Assembly: GCA_024275895.1 (NCBI GenBank)
Contig: JAJRYE010000046.1
Coordinates: 25,411-89,410 of the forward strand
Direction of reading: 5' to 3'
Origin: Alphaproteobacteria bacterium
Lineage (GTDB): Bacteria > Pseudomonadota > Alphaproteobacteria > Rhizobiales > BM303
Length of the DNA: 64,000 bases
Shown: positions 18,664 to 28,121 of the stretch, piece after piece
Position numbering within the stretch: the stretch's first letter is position 1
Layout of the letters: every line of letters starts with the position of its first letter
Notes under the pieces: generated by a model
Database searches by the model: none
What the model saw: the letters and a program-made list of their open reading frames with translations, nothing else
What the model was told of the DNA's origin: nothing
Made by a program: the position numbers and the translations under genes

Positions 18664-20646
18664 ATGCCCGCAAAGGGAGTCACGGGACAAGAGGGACTCG
18701 ATACGTTTCCAAAACTGCTGTTGCACAACGCCAGGACCTTACCGGATCATCCGTCAATACGTGAGAAGGATCTTGGCATCTGGCAAAGCTGGAACTGGAG
18801 TGAGGTTCTTGAGGAAGTCCGCGCACTGGCCATAGGCCTGCAAAAACTGGGTCTGCAGGCCGGAGAAAAAATCGCAATCTGCGGCGAGAACCGTCCGCGG
18901 CTTTACTGGACCTTTGTCGCCGCCCAATCCGTCGGCGCGGTCCCCGTCCCGGTCTATCAGGATTCGGTCGCCGAAGAGATGGCCTATGTCATGGAGCATG
19001 CCGGGGCCGCCTTTGTCGTCGTGGAAGATCAGGAACAGGTGGACAAGCTTTTCCAGATCAGTGAGACCGTGAGCTGCATCCGCCATATCATTTATGACGA
19101 CCCGCGCGGTTTGCGCGATTATCAAGAGGAAAATCTGCACTCTTTCAAAGATGTGCAGGAGAAGGGTCGCAAGGCTCTCCGGGACGCCCCGCAGGCCAAA
19201 ACCGGCTGGGAGGAAACGATCAATGCTGGCAAGGGCTCCGATATATCGGTATTCCTCTATACTTCCGGCACAACCGGCCGCCCCAAGGGTGTGGTGCTGA
19301 GCCATGACAATGTTCTGATTACCGCCCGCGAGACCGCTATTCTGGAAGGCCTGCGCCCGGATGAAGAGGTGCTGGCCTATCTGCCCATGGCCTGGGTGGG
19401 GGATCACATTTTTTCCTATGGCCAGTCCTATGTTTGCGGCTTTTGCGTCTCGTGCCCGGAAAGTCCGGAAACCATGTTGCAGGATTTGCGCGAGATCGGT
19501 CCGACCTATTTTTTCGCCCCGCCGCGCATTTTTGAAAATATCCTGACCACCGTCATGATCCGCATGGAGGACGCCGCGCCGCTCAAGCGCAAATTGTTCA
19601 AATACTTCCTCGGTGTCGCCAAGGAATATGGCGAGGCGATCCTGAACGGCGAGAATGTGCCGCTCAAGGGCCGGTTGCTTTACGCCCTTGGCAATATCCT
19701 GATTTACGGGCCCTTGAAAAACACCCTGGGGTTTTCGCGCATCCGTATCGGCTATACGGCGGGCGAGGCGATCGGGCCGGAGATTTTCCGCTTTTACCGC
19801 TCGCTCGGCATTAACCTGAAACAGCTTTACGGCCAGACCGAAGCGGCGGTTTTTATCACCGTGCAGCCCGATGGCGAGATCCATGCCGACACCGTCGGCG
19901 TCCCGGCGCCGGGGGTGGAAGTCAAAATTGCCGAGAGCGGCGAGGTGCTCTACCGCTCTCCGGGCGTCTTTGTCGAATATTATAAAAACCCCGAATCCAC
20001 CAGCGAAACAAAAACCGGCGGCGGCTGGGTGCATTCGGGCGATGCCGGTTTCTTTGATGACCGCGGTCATCTGAAAATCATCGACCGCGCCAAGGATGTG
20101 GGCCGCTTGAACAATGACGCCATGTTCGCCCCCAAATATATCGAGAACAAGCTTAAGTTCTACCCCAATATCAAGGAAGTCGTGGCTTTTGGCGACGGCC
20201 GGGATATGTGCACCGTCTTCATCAATATCGACCTCACCGCCGTCGGCAGCTGGGCGGAGCGCAACAACGTGCCCTATGCCAGTTATCAGGAACTGGCCGC
20301 CAATGATCTTGTCTATGACATGATCGAGGCGCATGTGGATGAGGTCAATGCCGGTCTTGCCCGTGAACCGGGCATTTCCGGCTCGCAAATCCGCCGTTTC
20401 TTAATCCTCCACAAGGAACTCGACGCCGATGACGGCGAGTTGACCCGGACCCGCAAGGTGCGCCGCGCCTTTATCGCCGATCGTTACGCACCGCTCGTCA
20501 CCGCGCTTTATGACGGCAGCGAAATGACCCATATCGAAACCGAAGTGACCTTTGAGGACGGACGCAAGGGCATGATCGCCGCCGATATCCAGATCCGTGA
20601 CATGCAGACCTATGAACCGCCCACATCCATGGAGGCGGCGCAATGA
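18664..20646 (+). CDS. Long-chain acyl-CoA synthetase-like AMP-dependent ligase
   Basis: YTSGTTGRPKG, YGQTE, SGDAG, IDRAKD, ELTRTRKVRR. Confidence 0.92.
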   Translation: MPAKGVTGQEGLDTFPKLLLHNARTLPDHPSIREKDLGIWQSWNWSEVLEEVRALAIGLQKLGLQAGEKIAICGENRPRLYWTFVAAQSVGAVPVPVYQDSVAEEMAYVMEHAGAAFVVVEDQEQVDKLFQISETVSCIRHIIYDDPRGLRDYQEENLHSFKDVQEKGRKALRDAPQAKTGWEETINAGKGSDISVFLYTSGTTGRPKGVVLSHDNVLITARETAILEGLRPDEEVLAYLPMAWVGDHIFSYGQSYVCGFCVSCPESPETMLQDLREIGPTYFFAPPRIFENILTTVMIRMEDAAPLKRKLFKYFLGVAKEYGEAILNGENVPLKGRLLYALGNILIYGPLKNTLGFSRIRIGYTAGEAIGPEIFRFYRSLGINLKQLYGQTEAAVFITVQPDGEIHADTVGVPAPGVEVKIAESGEVLYRSPGVFVEYYKNPESTSETKTGGGWVHSGDAGFFDDRGHLKIIDRAKDVGRLNNDAMFAPKYIENKLKFYPNIKEVVAFGDGRDMCTVFINIDLTAVGSWAERNNVPYASYQELAANDLVYDMIEAHVDEVNAGLAREPGISGSQIRRFLILHKELDADDGELTRTRKVRRAFIADRYAPLVTALYDGSEMTHIETEVTFEDGRKGMIAADIQIRDMQTYEPPTSMEAAQ

Positions 20647-21467
20647 GTCCGGAACCGGTTCAAACCCGTATTTTTGAAGAGGAAATCCTCTCCGTATCGG
20701 ATGTCTCGCTTTCCTTTGGCGGCGTAAAGGCCATTCAGAATGTCAGCTTTGATATCAAACGCGGTGAAATCCGCGCCATTATCGGCCCCAACGGCGCCGG
20801 CAAAACCTCGATGCTGAACGTCATCAACGGTTTTTATCACCCGCAAGAAGGCCTGATCCGCTTCAAGGGCAAGGCGCGCCGCCGCATGCGCCCCTCCATC
20901 GCCGCAGCTCAGGGCATTGCCCGCACCTTCCAGAATGTCGCTCTTTTCAAGGGCATGAGCACTCTGGACAACATCATGACCGGCCGCCTGCCACGGCTGG
21001 AAAAAGGCATTTTTGGCGAAATCGTCAATGTTTTCCTGCAGGCCGCCTATCTCGGGCCCGCCCGGCGCAGCGAGCTGGAGCAGCGCAAATATGTCGAGGA
21101 AATAATCGATTTCCTCGAAATCCAGCATATCCGCCGCACCCCGGTGGGCCGTCTGCCCTATGGTCTGCAAAAGCGCGTCGAACTTGGCCGGGCGCTGGCC
21201 ATGGAGCCGGAGCTGCTGCTTCTCGATGAGCCCATGGCGGGCATGAATCTGGAAGAAAAAGAGGACATGTCGCGCTTTATCATCGATGTGAATGACCAGT
21301 ACGGAACCACCATCGCCCTGATCGAACATGATATCTCGGTCGTGATGGATTTGTCCGACCGCATTATCGTGCTGGATTACGGCCGCAAGATTGCCGATGG
21401 CACACCGGGCGAGGTGCAGAGCAACCAGGCGGTGATGGACGCCTATCTGGGGGTGCCCCATGAATAG
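20643..21467 (+). CDS. Liv-type ABC transporter ATP-binding protein (LivG-like)
   Basis: GPNGAGKT, ARTFQN, LLLDEP, IEHD. Confidence 0.93.
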   Translation: MSPEPVQTRIFEEEILSVSDVSLSFGGVKAIQNVSFDIKRGEIRAIIGPNGAGKTSMLNVINGFYHPQEGLIRFKGKARRRMRPSIAAAQGIARTFQNVALFKGMSTLDNIMTGRLPRLEKGIFGEIVNVFLQAAYLGPARRSELEQRKYVEEIIDFLEIQHIRRTPVGRLPYGLQKRVELGRALAMEPELLLLDEPMAGMNLEEKEDMSRFIIDVNDQYGTTIALIEHDISVVMDLSDRIIVLDYGRKIADGTPGEVQSNQAVMDAYLGVPHE

Positions 21468-21485
21468 GGAAGTGAGGGTGAGCGC

Positions 21486-22382
21486 ATGATGTTTTTTCTC
21501 GAAGTTACGATCAGCGGCCTGATGGCCGGGGTGATGTACTCGCTGGTAGCGCTTGGTTTCGTGCTGATTTTCAAGGCCTCTGGGGTGTTTAACTTCGCGC
21601 AAGGGGTCATGGCGCTGTTTGCCGGCTTGACTCTGGTCGGCCTGATGGAAAAATTCGGCCTGCCGCCCTGGGCCGGAATCATGGCAACCATTGCCGTGAT
21701 GATCTTGCTGGCCTGGCTGATTGAATTTCTCATTCTGCGCCGCCTTGTGAATCAGGAACATATTATCTTGTTCATGGCCACTATCGGCCTTGCCTATGTG
21801 CTTGAGGGTCTGGGCGATGTCATGTGGGGGTCGGATGTCAAGCTGCTGGATATCGGCTTGCCGCAAGGCGCGGTGGACTGGCTGCTGGATGATTATAACC
21901 TCTATGTCGAAAAGCTCGAGGTGGCCGCGGCGGTCACGGCGGTGATCATGGTGATCGTGCTGGCGATTTTTTTTCAAAAAACCCGCATCGGACGCGCCCT
22001 GCGCGCCGTGGCGGACGATCATCAGGCCGCCCTCTCGGTCGGCATTTCCCTGCGCACCATCTGGGTGATCGTCTGGTCGGTATCGGGTATTGTCGCCCTG
22101 GTGGCCGGGATCATGTGGGGCTCCAAATCGGGTGTGCAGTTCTCGCTCTCGCTGATCGCCCTGAAAGCCCTGCCGGTGTTGATGCTCGGCGGCTTCACTT
22201 CCATTCCCGGTGCCATTATCGGCGGGCTGATCATCGGCATGGGCGAGAAATGGGCCGAGATATACATGGGGCCGATAATTGGCGGCGCCATTGAAAACTG
22301 GTTTGCCTATATGCTGGCTCTCGTCTTTTTGCTGTTCCGGCCACAAGGGCTGTTCGGCGAAAAAATCATTGAGAGGATTTGA
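21486..22382 (+). CDS. Liv-type ABC permease (LivH-like)
   Basis: ALGFVLIFKASGVFNFAQG, GRALRAVA, RPQGLFG. Confidence 0.92.
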   Translation: MMFFLEVTISGLMAGVMYSLVALGFVLIFKASGVFNFAQGVMALFAGLTLVGLMEKFGLPPWAGIMATIAVMILLAWLIEFLILRRLVNQEHIILFMATIGLAYVLEGLGDVMWGSDVKLLDIGLPQGAVDWLLDDYNLYVEKLEVAAAVTAVIMVIVLAIFFQKTRIGRALRAVADDHQAALSVGISLRTIWVIVWSVSGIVALVAGIMWGSKSGVQFSLSLIALKALPVLMLGGFTSIPGAIIGGLIIGMGEKWAEIYMGPIIGGAIENWFAYMLALVFLLFRPQGLFGEKIIERI

Positions 22383-22385
22383 GGC

Positions 22386-23462
22386 ATGTTTTACCGCGAA
22401 GCTGGACAGTTTAAAACGACCTACAAGTCCGATCAGGCCCTGTTTCCCATTGCCCAGGACCGCTATTTCGTCATCGGCGTGGTTCTGTTTGCCTTTCTGG
22501 TTATTCCGTTTTTCATCACCGATTACTGGGCCAACGCCTTGTTGCTGCCCTTCCTGATTTACGCCCTGGCGGCGATCGGGCTCAATATCCTCACCGGCTA
22601 TTGCGGCCAGCTCTCGCTGGGGACCGGCGGCTTTCTGGCCGTGGGCGCCTATGCCTCCTACAAGCTGATGACGTCGTTTCCGGAGATGAACCTTATTGTC
22701 GTCTTCTTGCTCTCGGGCCTGATCACCGCTCTGGTCGGCATTTTTTTCGGCGTGCCCTCGCTCCGCATCAAGGGGTTTTATCTTGCCGTGGCGACGCTGG
22801 CCTCGCAGTTCTTCATTGTCTGGCTGTTCAACAAGGTGCCGTGGTTCTTCAATTACAGCGCCACCGGGCAGATCAGCGTGCCGCCGCGGGAGATTTTCGG
22901 TTTTCTCGTCACCGGCCCCGACGCCTCTCCCGCCATCACCTATCTGTTTACCCTGACGCTCGTCAGTATCTTTGCCCTTCTGGCCAAGAACATGGCGCGC
23001 GGCAATGTCGGGCGCAGCTGGATGGCGATCCGCGATATGGATATCGCCGCCGAGATCATCGGCATAAGGCCGCTGAAAACCAAGCTGATCGCATTTGCCG
23101 TCTCATCCTTTTATATCGGCATTGCCGGTGCCTTGCTGTTTGCCGTTTGGCTGGGCTCGGCCGAACCGACGGAGGCTTTCGGCATTGACCAGTCTTTTCT
23201 TATTTTATTCATGATCATCATTGGCGGTCTTGGTTCCATACTCGGCTCGTTCATGGGCGCGGCGTTCATGGTTCTGATGCCGATCTTTTTGAAAAACTTC
23301 ATGGTTGACGGTCTTGGCCTGCAACCGGCGTTCTCCGAGCATGTACAGATCATGCTGATGGGCGTCCTGATTATCTTTTTCCTGATCGTGGAACCGCACG
23401 GATTAGCGCGGTTGTGGCAGATCGCCAAGGAAAAACTCAGAATCTGGCCGTTCCCGTATTAA
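22386..23462 (+). CDS. Liv-type ABC permease (LivM-like)
   Basis: GLNILTGYCGQLSLG, GFYLAVATL, WMAIRD, EPHGL. Confidence 0.92.
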   Translation: MFYREAGQFKTTYKSDQALFPIAQDRYFVIGVVLFAFLVIPFFITDYWANALLLPFLIYALAAIGLNILTGYCGQLSLGTGGFLAVGAYASYKLMTSFPEMNLIVVFLLSGLITALVGIFFGVPSLRIKGFYLAVATLASQFFIVWLFNKVPWFFNYSATGQISVPPREIFGFLVTGPDASPAITYLFTLTLVSIFALLAKNMARGNVGRSWMAIRDMDIAAEIIGIRPLKTKLIAFAVSSFYIGIAGALLFAVWLGSAEPTEAFGIDQSFLILFMIIIGGLGSILGSFMGAAFMVLMPIFLKNFMVDGLGLQPAFSEHVQIMLMGVLIIFFLIVEPHGLARLWQIAKEKLRIWPFPY

Positions 23463-23571
23463 ACGGAGCTGCGGTGGATAAACAGCAAGGGACGATGGAG
23501 TTCTTTTGCATGTGAGGGGGAAAGAAGGCGGTATTGGACCGCCGGACAACATCAAGGAGGATATAAAAGAC

Positions 23572-24882
23572 ATGAAACTCAAACAACTGGCTCTCGGGCT
23601 GATCGCGGCCGTCGCGATAACCGGCAGCGCCTCGGCCTATGAGCTGACCGTGCCGACAATGGATTACCGCACCGGCCCTTATGCGCCCAACGGAATTCCT
23701 TTCGCCAATGGGTTCAGCGACTATTTCACCTTGCTCAATGAGCGCGATGGCGGCATTAACGGCGTCAGGATCAAACTGGTGCCGTGCGAAACCGGCTACA
23801 ACACCAAAAAGGGTGTGGAATGCTATGAAAAAACCAAAAAGGTCGGCTCCGGCGCCCTGTTTTATTCGCCGCTCTCCACCGGCATGACCTATCAGCTCAT
23901 TCCCAAGGTCACCGCGGACGGCATTCCGCTTTACACCATGGGCTATGGCCGCACTTCAGCCGCCAATGGCAAGGTCTTCAAATGGGTGTTTAATGTCCCC
24001 CTGACCTATTGGGACGGCGCCACGGTCGCGGTCAAATATGCCGGCGAGAAATCCGGCGGCATGGACAAGCTGAAGGGCAAGAAAATCGCCCTCGTCTATC
24101 ACAACTCCGCCTATGGCAAAGAACCTATTCGCACCTTGCAGGTCTTGTCGAAAAAGTTCGGTTTTGATCTGAAACTTCTGCCCGTAGATCATCCGGGTCA
24201 GGAACAAAAGGCCACATGGCTGCAAATCCGCCGCGACAAGCCCGACTGGGTCTTCATGTGGGGCTGGGGCGTCATGAATCAGGTGGCGATCAAAGAAGCC
24301 GCCAGCATCCGTTTCCCCATGGATCATTTCGTCGGTGTCTGGTGGTCCGGTTCTGAAAACGATGTCCTGCCGGCCGGCATCAAGGCCGATGGCTACAAAT
24401 CCCTTGCCTTCCATGCTCCGGGCGCCGATTTTCCGCTTCATAAAGACATTCTCAAATATGTCTATGACGGCGGCAAGGCGGTTGATCCGGGCTTCAAGGC
24501 CCGTGTCGGCGAAGTGCTCTACAACCGCGGTCTGATCAATGCGTTATGGGCCTCCGAAGCCATCCGCACCGGCATGAACATTCATAAAACCAAGGAACCT
24601 ACAGCCGCGATGGTGCGCGACGGTTTCGAGGCTTTGGATGTCTCCGAAGACCGCCTGAAGGAACTGGGGCTTCCCGGCTTCACCTTCGGTGTCAAGGTGA
24701 CCTGCGCCAACCACAAGGGACCGGGCAAGGTCGCCATCCAGTCCTGGGACGCAAAAGCGAAAAAATGGAGCATCGTGACCAAATTCTATCAGCCTATGGA
24801 TGATGTCACCGGTCCGCTGATCGCTGAAGATTCGGCAAAATACGCCAAGGAAAACAACATCACACCGCGGACATGCAAATAG
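23572..24882 (+). CDS. Liv-type ABC substrate-binding protein
   Basis: Signal peptide, RTGPYA, GGING, CETGY, AYGKEP; RBS AGGAGG. Confidence 0.9.
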   Translation: MKLKQLALGLIAAVAITGSASAYELTVPTMDYRTGPYAPNGIPFANGFSDYFTLLNERDGGINGVRIKLVPCETGYNTKKGVECYEKTKKVGSGALFYSPLSTGMTYQLIPKVTADGIPLYTMGYGRTSAANGKVFKWVFNVPLTYWDGATVAVKYAGEKSGGMDKLKGKKIALVYHNSAYGKEPIRTLQVLSKKFGFDLKLLPVDHPGQEQKATWLQIRRDKPDWVFMWGWGVMNQVAIKEAASIRFPMDHFVGVWWSGSENDVLPAGIKADGYKSLAFHAPGADFPLHKDILKYVYDGGKAVDPGFKARVGEVLYNRGLINALWASEAIRTGMNIHKTKEPTAAMVRDGFEALDVSEDRLKELGLPGFTFGVKVTCANHKGPGKVAIQSWDAKAKKWSIVTKFYQPMDDVTGPLIAEDSAKYAKENNITPRTCK

Positions 24883-24951
24883 GCATATACGCATTTGCGG
24901 GGCGGCCCGGGCCGTCCCGCATGTTCTTTTTTCATCCTTCAGGTCAAGCCC

Positions 24952-25797
24952 ATGAACCCGTCCGCCGCCAAAGAAATACCCGACACAGCGCCTGAAAAGG
25001 CCATTTTGTCAGTCAACAATATCGAGGTGATCTACAATCACGTTATTCTGGTTCTCAAGGGTGTCTCGCTTGAGGTGCCCAAGGGCGGCATTGTCGCTCT
25101 TCTGGGAGCCAATGGGGCAGGCAAAACCACCACCTTGAAGGCGGTTTCAAATCTGCTCCACTCCGAACGCGGCGAAGTCACCAAGGGATCGATCGAGTTT
25201 GAAGGCGATGAAGTCAATGACATGACCCCCAACGATCTGGTGCGGCGCGGCTGCATCCAGGTTATGGAAGGCCGCCATTGTTTTGAACATTTGACGGTTG
25301 AGGAAAATCTTCTCACCGGCGCCTATACCCGTAACGACGGATATGGCGCCATCAGGGCTGATCTTGACCTGGTTTACACCTATTTTCCGCGTCTCAAGGA
25401 ACGGCGCAAAAGCCTTGCCGGCTACACATCGGGTGGTGAGCAGCAGATGACGGCGATCGGCCGGGCGCTGATGTCGAAACCAAAAATGATTCTGCTTGAT
25501 GAGCCCTCCATGGGGCTCGCCCCCCAGCTTGTGGAGGAGATTTTTGAAATCATCAGGGCGCTGAACGAAAATGAGGGCGTCTCTTTGCTGCTGGCGGAAC
25601 AAAACACCAATATCGCGCTTAAATACGCCGATTTCGGCTATATTCTGGAATCGGGCCGCGTTGTTCTTGACGGCGAAGCCGCCATCTTGCGCGAGAATGA
25701 AGATGTCAAGGAATTCTACCTCGGCGTGGCCGGTGAAAACCGCAAATCCTTCCGTGATTTCAAACACTATAAACGCCGCAAACGCTGGCTGGCTTAA
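24952..25797 (+). CDS. Liv-type ABC ATP-binding protein (LivF-like)
   Basis: GANGAGKT, SGGEQQM, LDEPSMGLAP, EQN. Confidence 0.93.
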   Translation: MNPSAAKEIPDTAPEKAILSVNNIEVIYNHVILVLKGVSLEVPKGGIVALLGANGAGKTTTLKAVSNLLHSERGEVTKGSIEFEGDEVNDMTPNDLVRRGCIQVMEGRHCFEHLTVEENLLTGAYTRNDGYGAIRADLDLVYTYFPRLKERRKSLAGYTSGGEQQMTAIGRALMSKPKMILLDEPSMGLAPQLVEEIFEIIRALNENEGVSLLLAEQNTNIALKYADFGYILESGRVVLDGEAAILRENEDVKEFYLGVAGENRKSFRDFKHYKRRKRWLA

Positions 25798-25808
25798 GGT
25801 TTTTTAAC

Positions 25809-27041
25809 ATGAGCTCCCCGTTTTATGACGATCTGGAAATCCGCGATACCGAGACGCGCGAGGCAGATTATTTCACCCGGTTGCCCGGCTTTTTGCAAAC
25901 CGCCACCGCCGCCTCAAAAGGCTGGGCGGCGCATCTGGACGGGATTGATCTTGCCGCCATTACGTCGCGCAGGGCTCTGGCCGCGCTGCCGGTTTTGCGC
26001 AAGAGCTATCTGATGCAGAAACAGGCGCAGGATTTGCCCTTTGGCGGCTTTATCGCCGATATGAATTTCTCCCGCATATTCATGTCGCCCGGACCGATTT
26101 ACGAGCCGCAGGGGCGCGGCGCGGATCCCTGGGGCGCGGCGCGCGCCTTTTTCGCCGCCGGTTTTGCCAGGGGCGATATCGTCCATAACGCCTTTTCCTA
26201 CCACCTCACACCGGGCGGCTTCATCATGGATACCGGCGCGCGCGCCCTTGGCTGCGCTGTCTTTCCCGCCGGAACCGGCAATACCAAAATGCAGGTTGAG
26301 GCCATCGCGGCAATAAAGCCTTCGTGCTATGCGGGCACACCCGATTATCTTAAAATTCTCCTCGATGAAGCGCAAAATGAGGACATGGATGTCTCCTCCA
26401 TCAAATGCGGCCTTGTCTCGGGAGGTGCTTTATTCCCCTCCCTGCGCGAGGAATATGCCAGCCGCGGCATCAAGGTACGACAATGCTACGCCACGGCTGA
26501 TCTTGGAGTTATCGCTTACGAATCCGACGCCATGGAGGGCATGATCGTCAACGAGGATTTTATCCTCGAGATCGTCACCCCGGGCACCGGCGATCCGGTC
26601 GGGGAGGGTGAGATCGGCGAGATCCTCGTAACCAGCTTCAACCACGTCTATCCGATGATCCGTTTTGCCACCGGCGATTTATCCGCCATCCTGCCGGGAC
26701 AAAGCCCGTGTGGTCGCACCGGCCAGCGCATCAGGGGCTGGATGGGACGGGCCGACCAGACGGCGAAGATCAAGGGCATGTTCGTGCACCCGGAACAGAT
26801 CGCCAAAATCGCCAAAGCACATCCCGGGGTTACTCGCCTGCGACTCACCATCACCCGCGAGGGCGAACGCGATGTCATGACCCTGCTGGCTGAAAGCGCC
26901 AGTTCGGGCGAAGATGTAAAAGCCGCGCTTGGCGCAACGCTGGGCGAGGTTACCAAACTGCGCGGCAAGGTTGAGCTTGTCGCCCCCGGCGCCCTGCCGC
27001 GCGATGGCATCATCATAGCCGATGAACGCAAATATGACTGA
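25809..27041 (+). CDS. Phenylacetate-CoA ligase (PaaK)-family protein
   Basis: SPGPIYEP, YHLTPGG, GTPDYL, YATADLG, RFATGD, GRADQ..KIKGMFVHP. Confidence 0.88.
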   Translation: MSSPFYDDLEIRDTETREADYFTRLPGFLQTATAASKGWAAHLDGIDLAAITSRRALAALPVLRKSYLMQKQAQDLPFGGFIADMNFSRIFMSPGPIYEPQGRGADPWGAARAFFAAGFARGDIVHNAFSYHLTPGGFIMDTGARALGCAVFPAGTGNTKMQVEAIAAIKPSCYAGTPDYLKILLDEAQNEDMDVSSIKCGLVSGGALFPSLREEYASRGIKVRQCYATADLGVIAYESDAMEGMIVNEDFILEIVTPGTGDPVGEGEIGEILVTSFNHVYPMIRFATGDLSAILPGQSPCGRTGQRIRGWMGRADQTAKIKGMFVHPEQIAKIAKAHPGVTRLRLTITREGERDVMTLLAESASSGEDVKAALGATLGEVTKLRGKVELVAPGALPRDGIIIADERKYD

Positions 27042-28035
27042 AACCAGAACCCGTGTGGCGGCTCTTATCATAAATCTGGGTACGCCCGAAGCCACCGATT
27101 ACTGGTCCATCCGCAGATATTTAAAGGAATTCCTCTGGGATAAAAGGGTGGTCGAGGTGCCGCGCCCCGTATGGTGGCTGATCCTGAACGGGATTATTCT
27201 GACCTTCCGTCCCAAAAAGAGCGGCCGCGCCTATGACAGGATATGGAACAAGGAGCGCGGCGAATCGCCCCTGAAAACCATCACCCGGGCGCAGGCGCAA
27301 AGACTGGCCCGGGGTTTTGCCAAATCCCATCCTGATCTGGTCATCGACTGGGCCATGCGTTACGGCAAGCCCTCCATTGAAGCGCGCATCAACGCGCTAT
27401 TGGCAAAAGGCGCCGATCGCATCTTGCTGTTTCCGCTTTATCCGCAATACAGCGCCACAACCACCGCCACCGTGGTGGACAAGGCGGCCGGGGCGCTGAT
27501 GAAGCTGCGCGCCCAGCCCAGCCTGCGCACCGTGCCGCCATTTCCCGCTGATCCGCTTTATATCGAGGCGTTGGCGGATTCGATAAAGTCGCAGCTTGCA
27601 ACGCGGCCCGAAAAGCCGCAGGATTTACTGCTTTCCTTTCATGGCCTGCCCCAATCCTATGTGGAAAAGGGCGATCCTTATCAAAGCCATTGCCAGCAAA
27701 CCGCAACAGCTCTTCGCGAAGCGCTGGGCTGGCCGCAAAAGCATTACCATCTGGCCTTTCAGTCACGTGTCGGCCGCGCCGAGTGGCTGCGCCCCTATAC
27801 CGATGAAACCATCGCTTCGCTGGCGCGCTCCGGGGTGAAAAATCTGGCGGTCGTCACCCCGGGATTTGTTGCCGATTGCGTCGAGACTCTGGAAGAGATC
27901 GCCATCGGCGGGCAGGAAATCTTTCGCGCCAATGGCGGCAAAAACCTCACCTGCCTTGCCTGTCTGAATGATTCCGACGAGAGCATCGCCATGTTGCGGG
28001 CGATAATAAAACGCGAAATCTGCGGCTGGATGTGA
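27034..28035 (+). CDS. hemH: Ferrochelatase
   Basis: NLGTP, SPL, MRYGKP, PLYPQYS, SFHGLP, FQSR.G..WL.PYT, DCVETLEEI. Confidence 0.96.
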   Translation: MTETRTRVAALIINLGTPEATDYWSIRRYLKEFLWDKRVVEVPRPVWWLILNGIILTFRPKKSGRAYDRIWNKERGESPLKTITRAQAQRLARGFAKSHPDLVIDWAMRYGKPSIEARINALLAKGADRILLFPLYPQYSATTTATVVDKAAGALMKLRAQPSLRTVPPFPADPLYIEALADSIKSQLATRPEKPQDLLLSFHGLPQSYVEKGDPYQSHCQQTATALREALGWPQKHYHLAFQSRVGRAEWLRPYTDETIASLARSGVKNLAVVTPGFVADCVETLEEIAIGGQEIFRANGGKNLTCLACLNDSDESIAMLRAIIKREICGWM

Positions 28036-28121
28036 GCAACCGTCAAGCTTGCCCTTTTCCTTGCGCTTCAAACATGGTATCGGGCCTCAACCCCATTTTA
28101 TTTGCTTGAAAAGGATCGGCC

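Noticed and set aside
11665-22346. Long minus-strand ORFs (11665-13281, 18754-20388, 20610-22346)
   Set aside because: They are antisense shadows of well-supported TRAP, ligase and ABC genes, expected from high-GC codon bias, and have no recognisable motifs.
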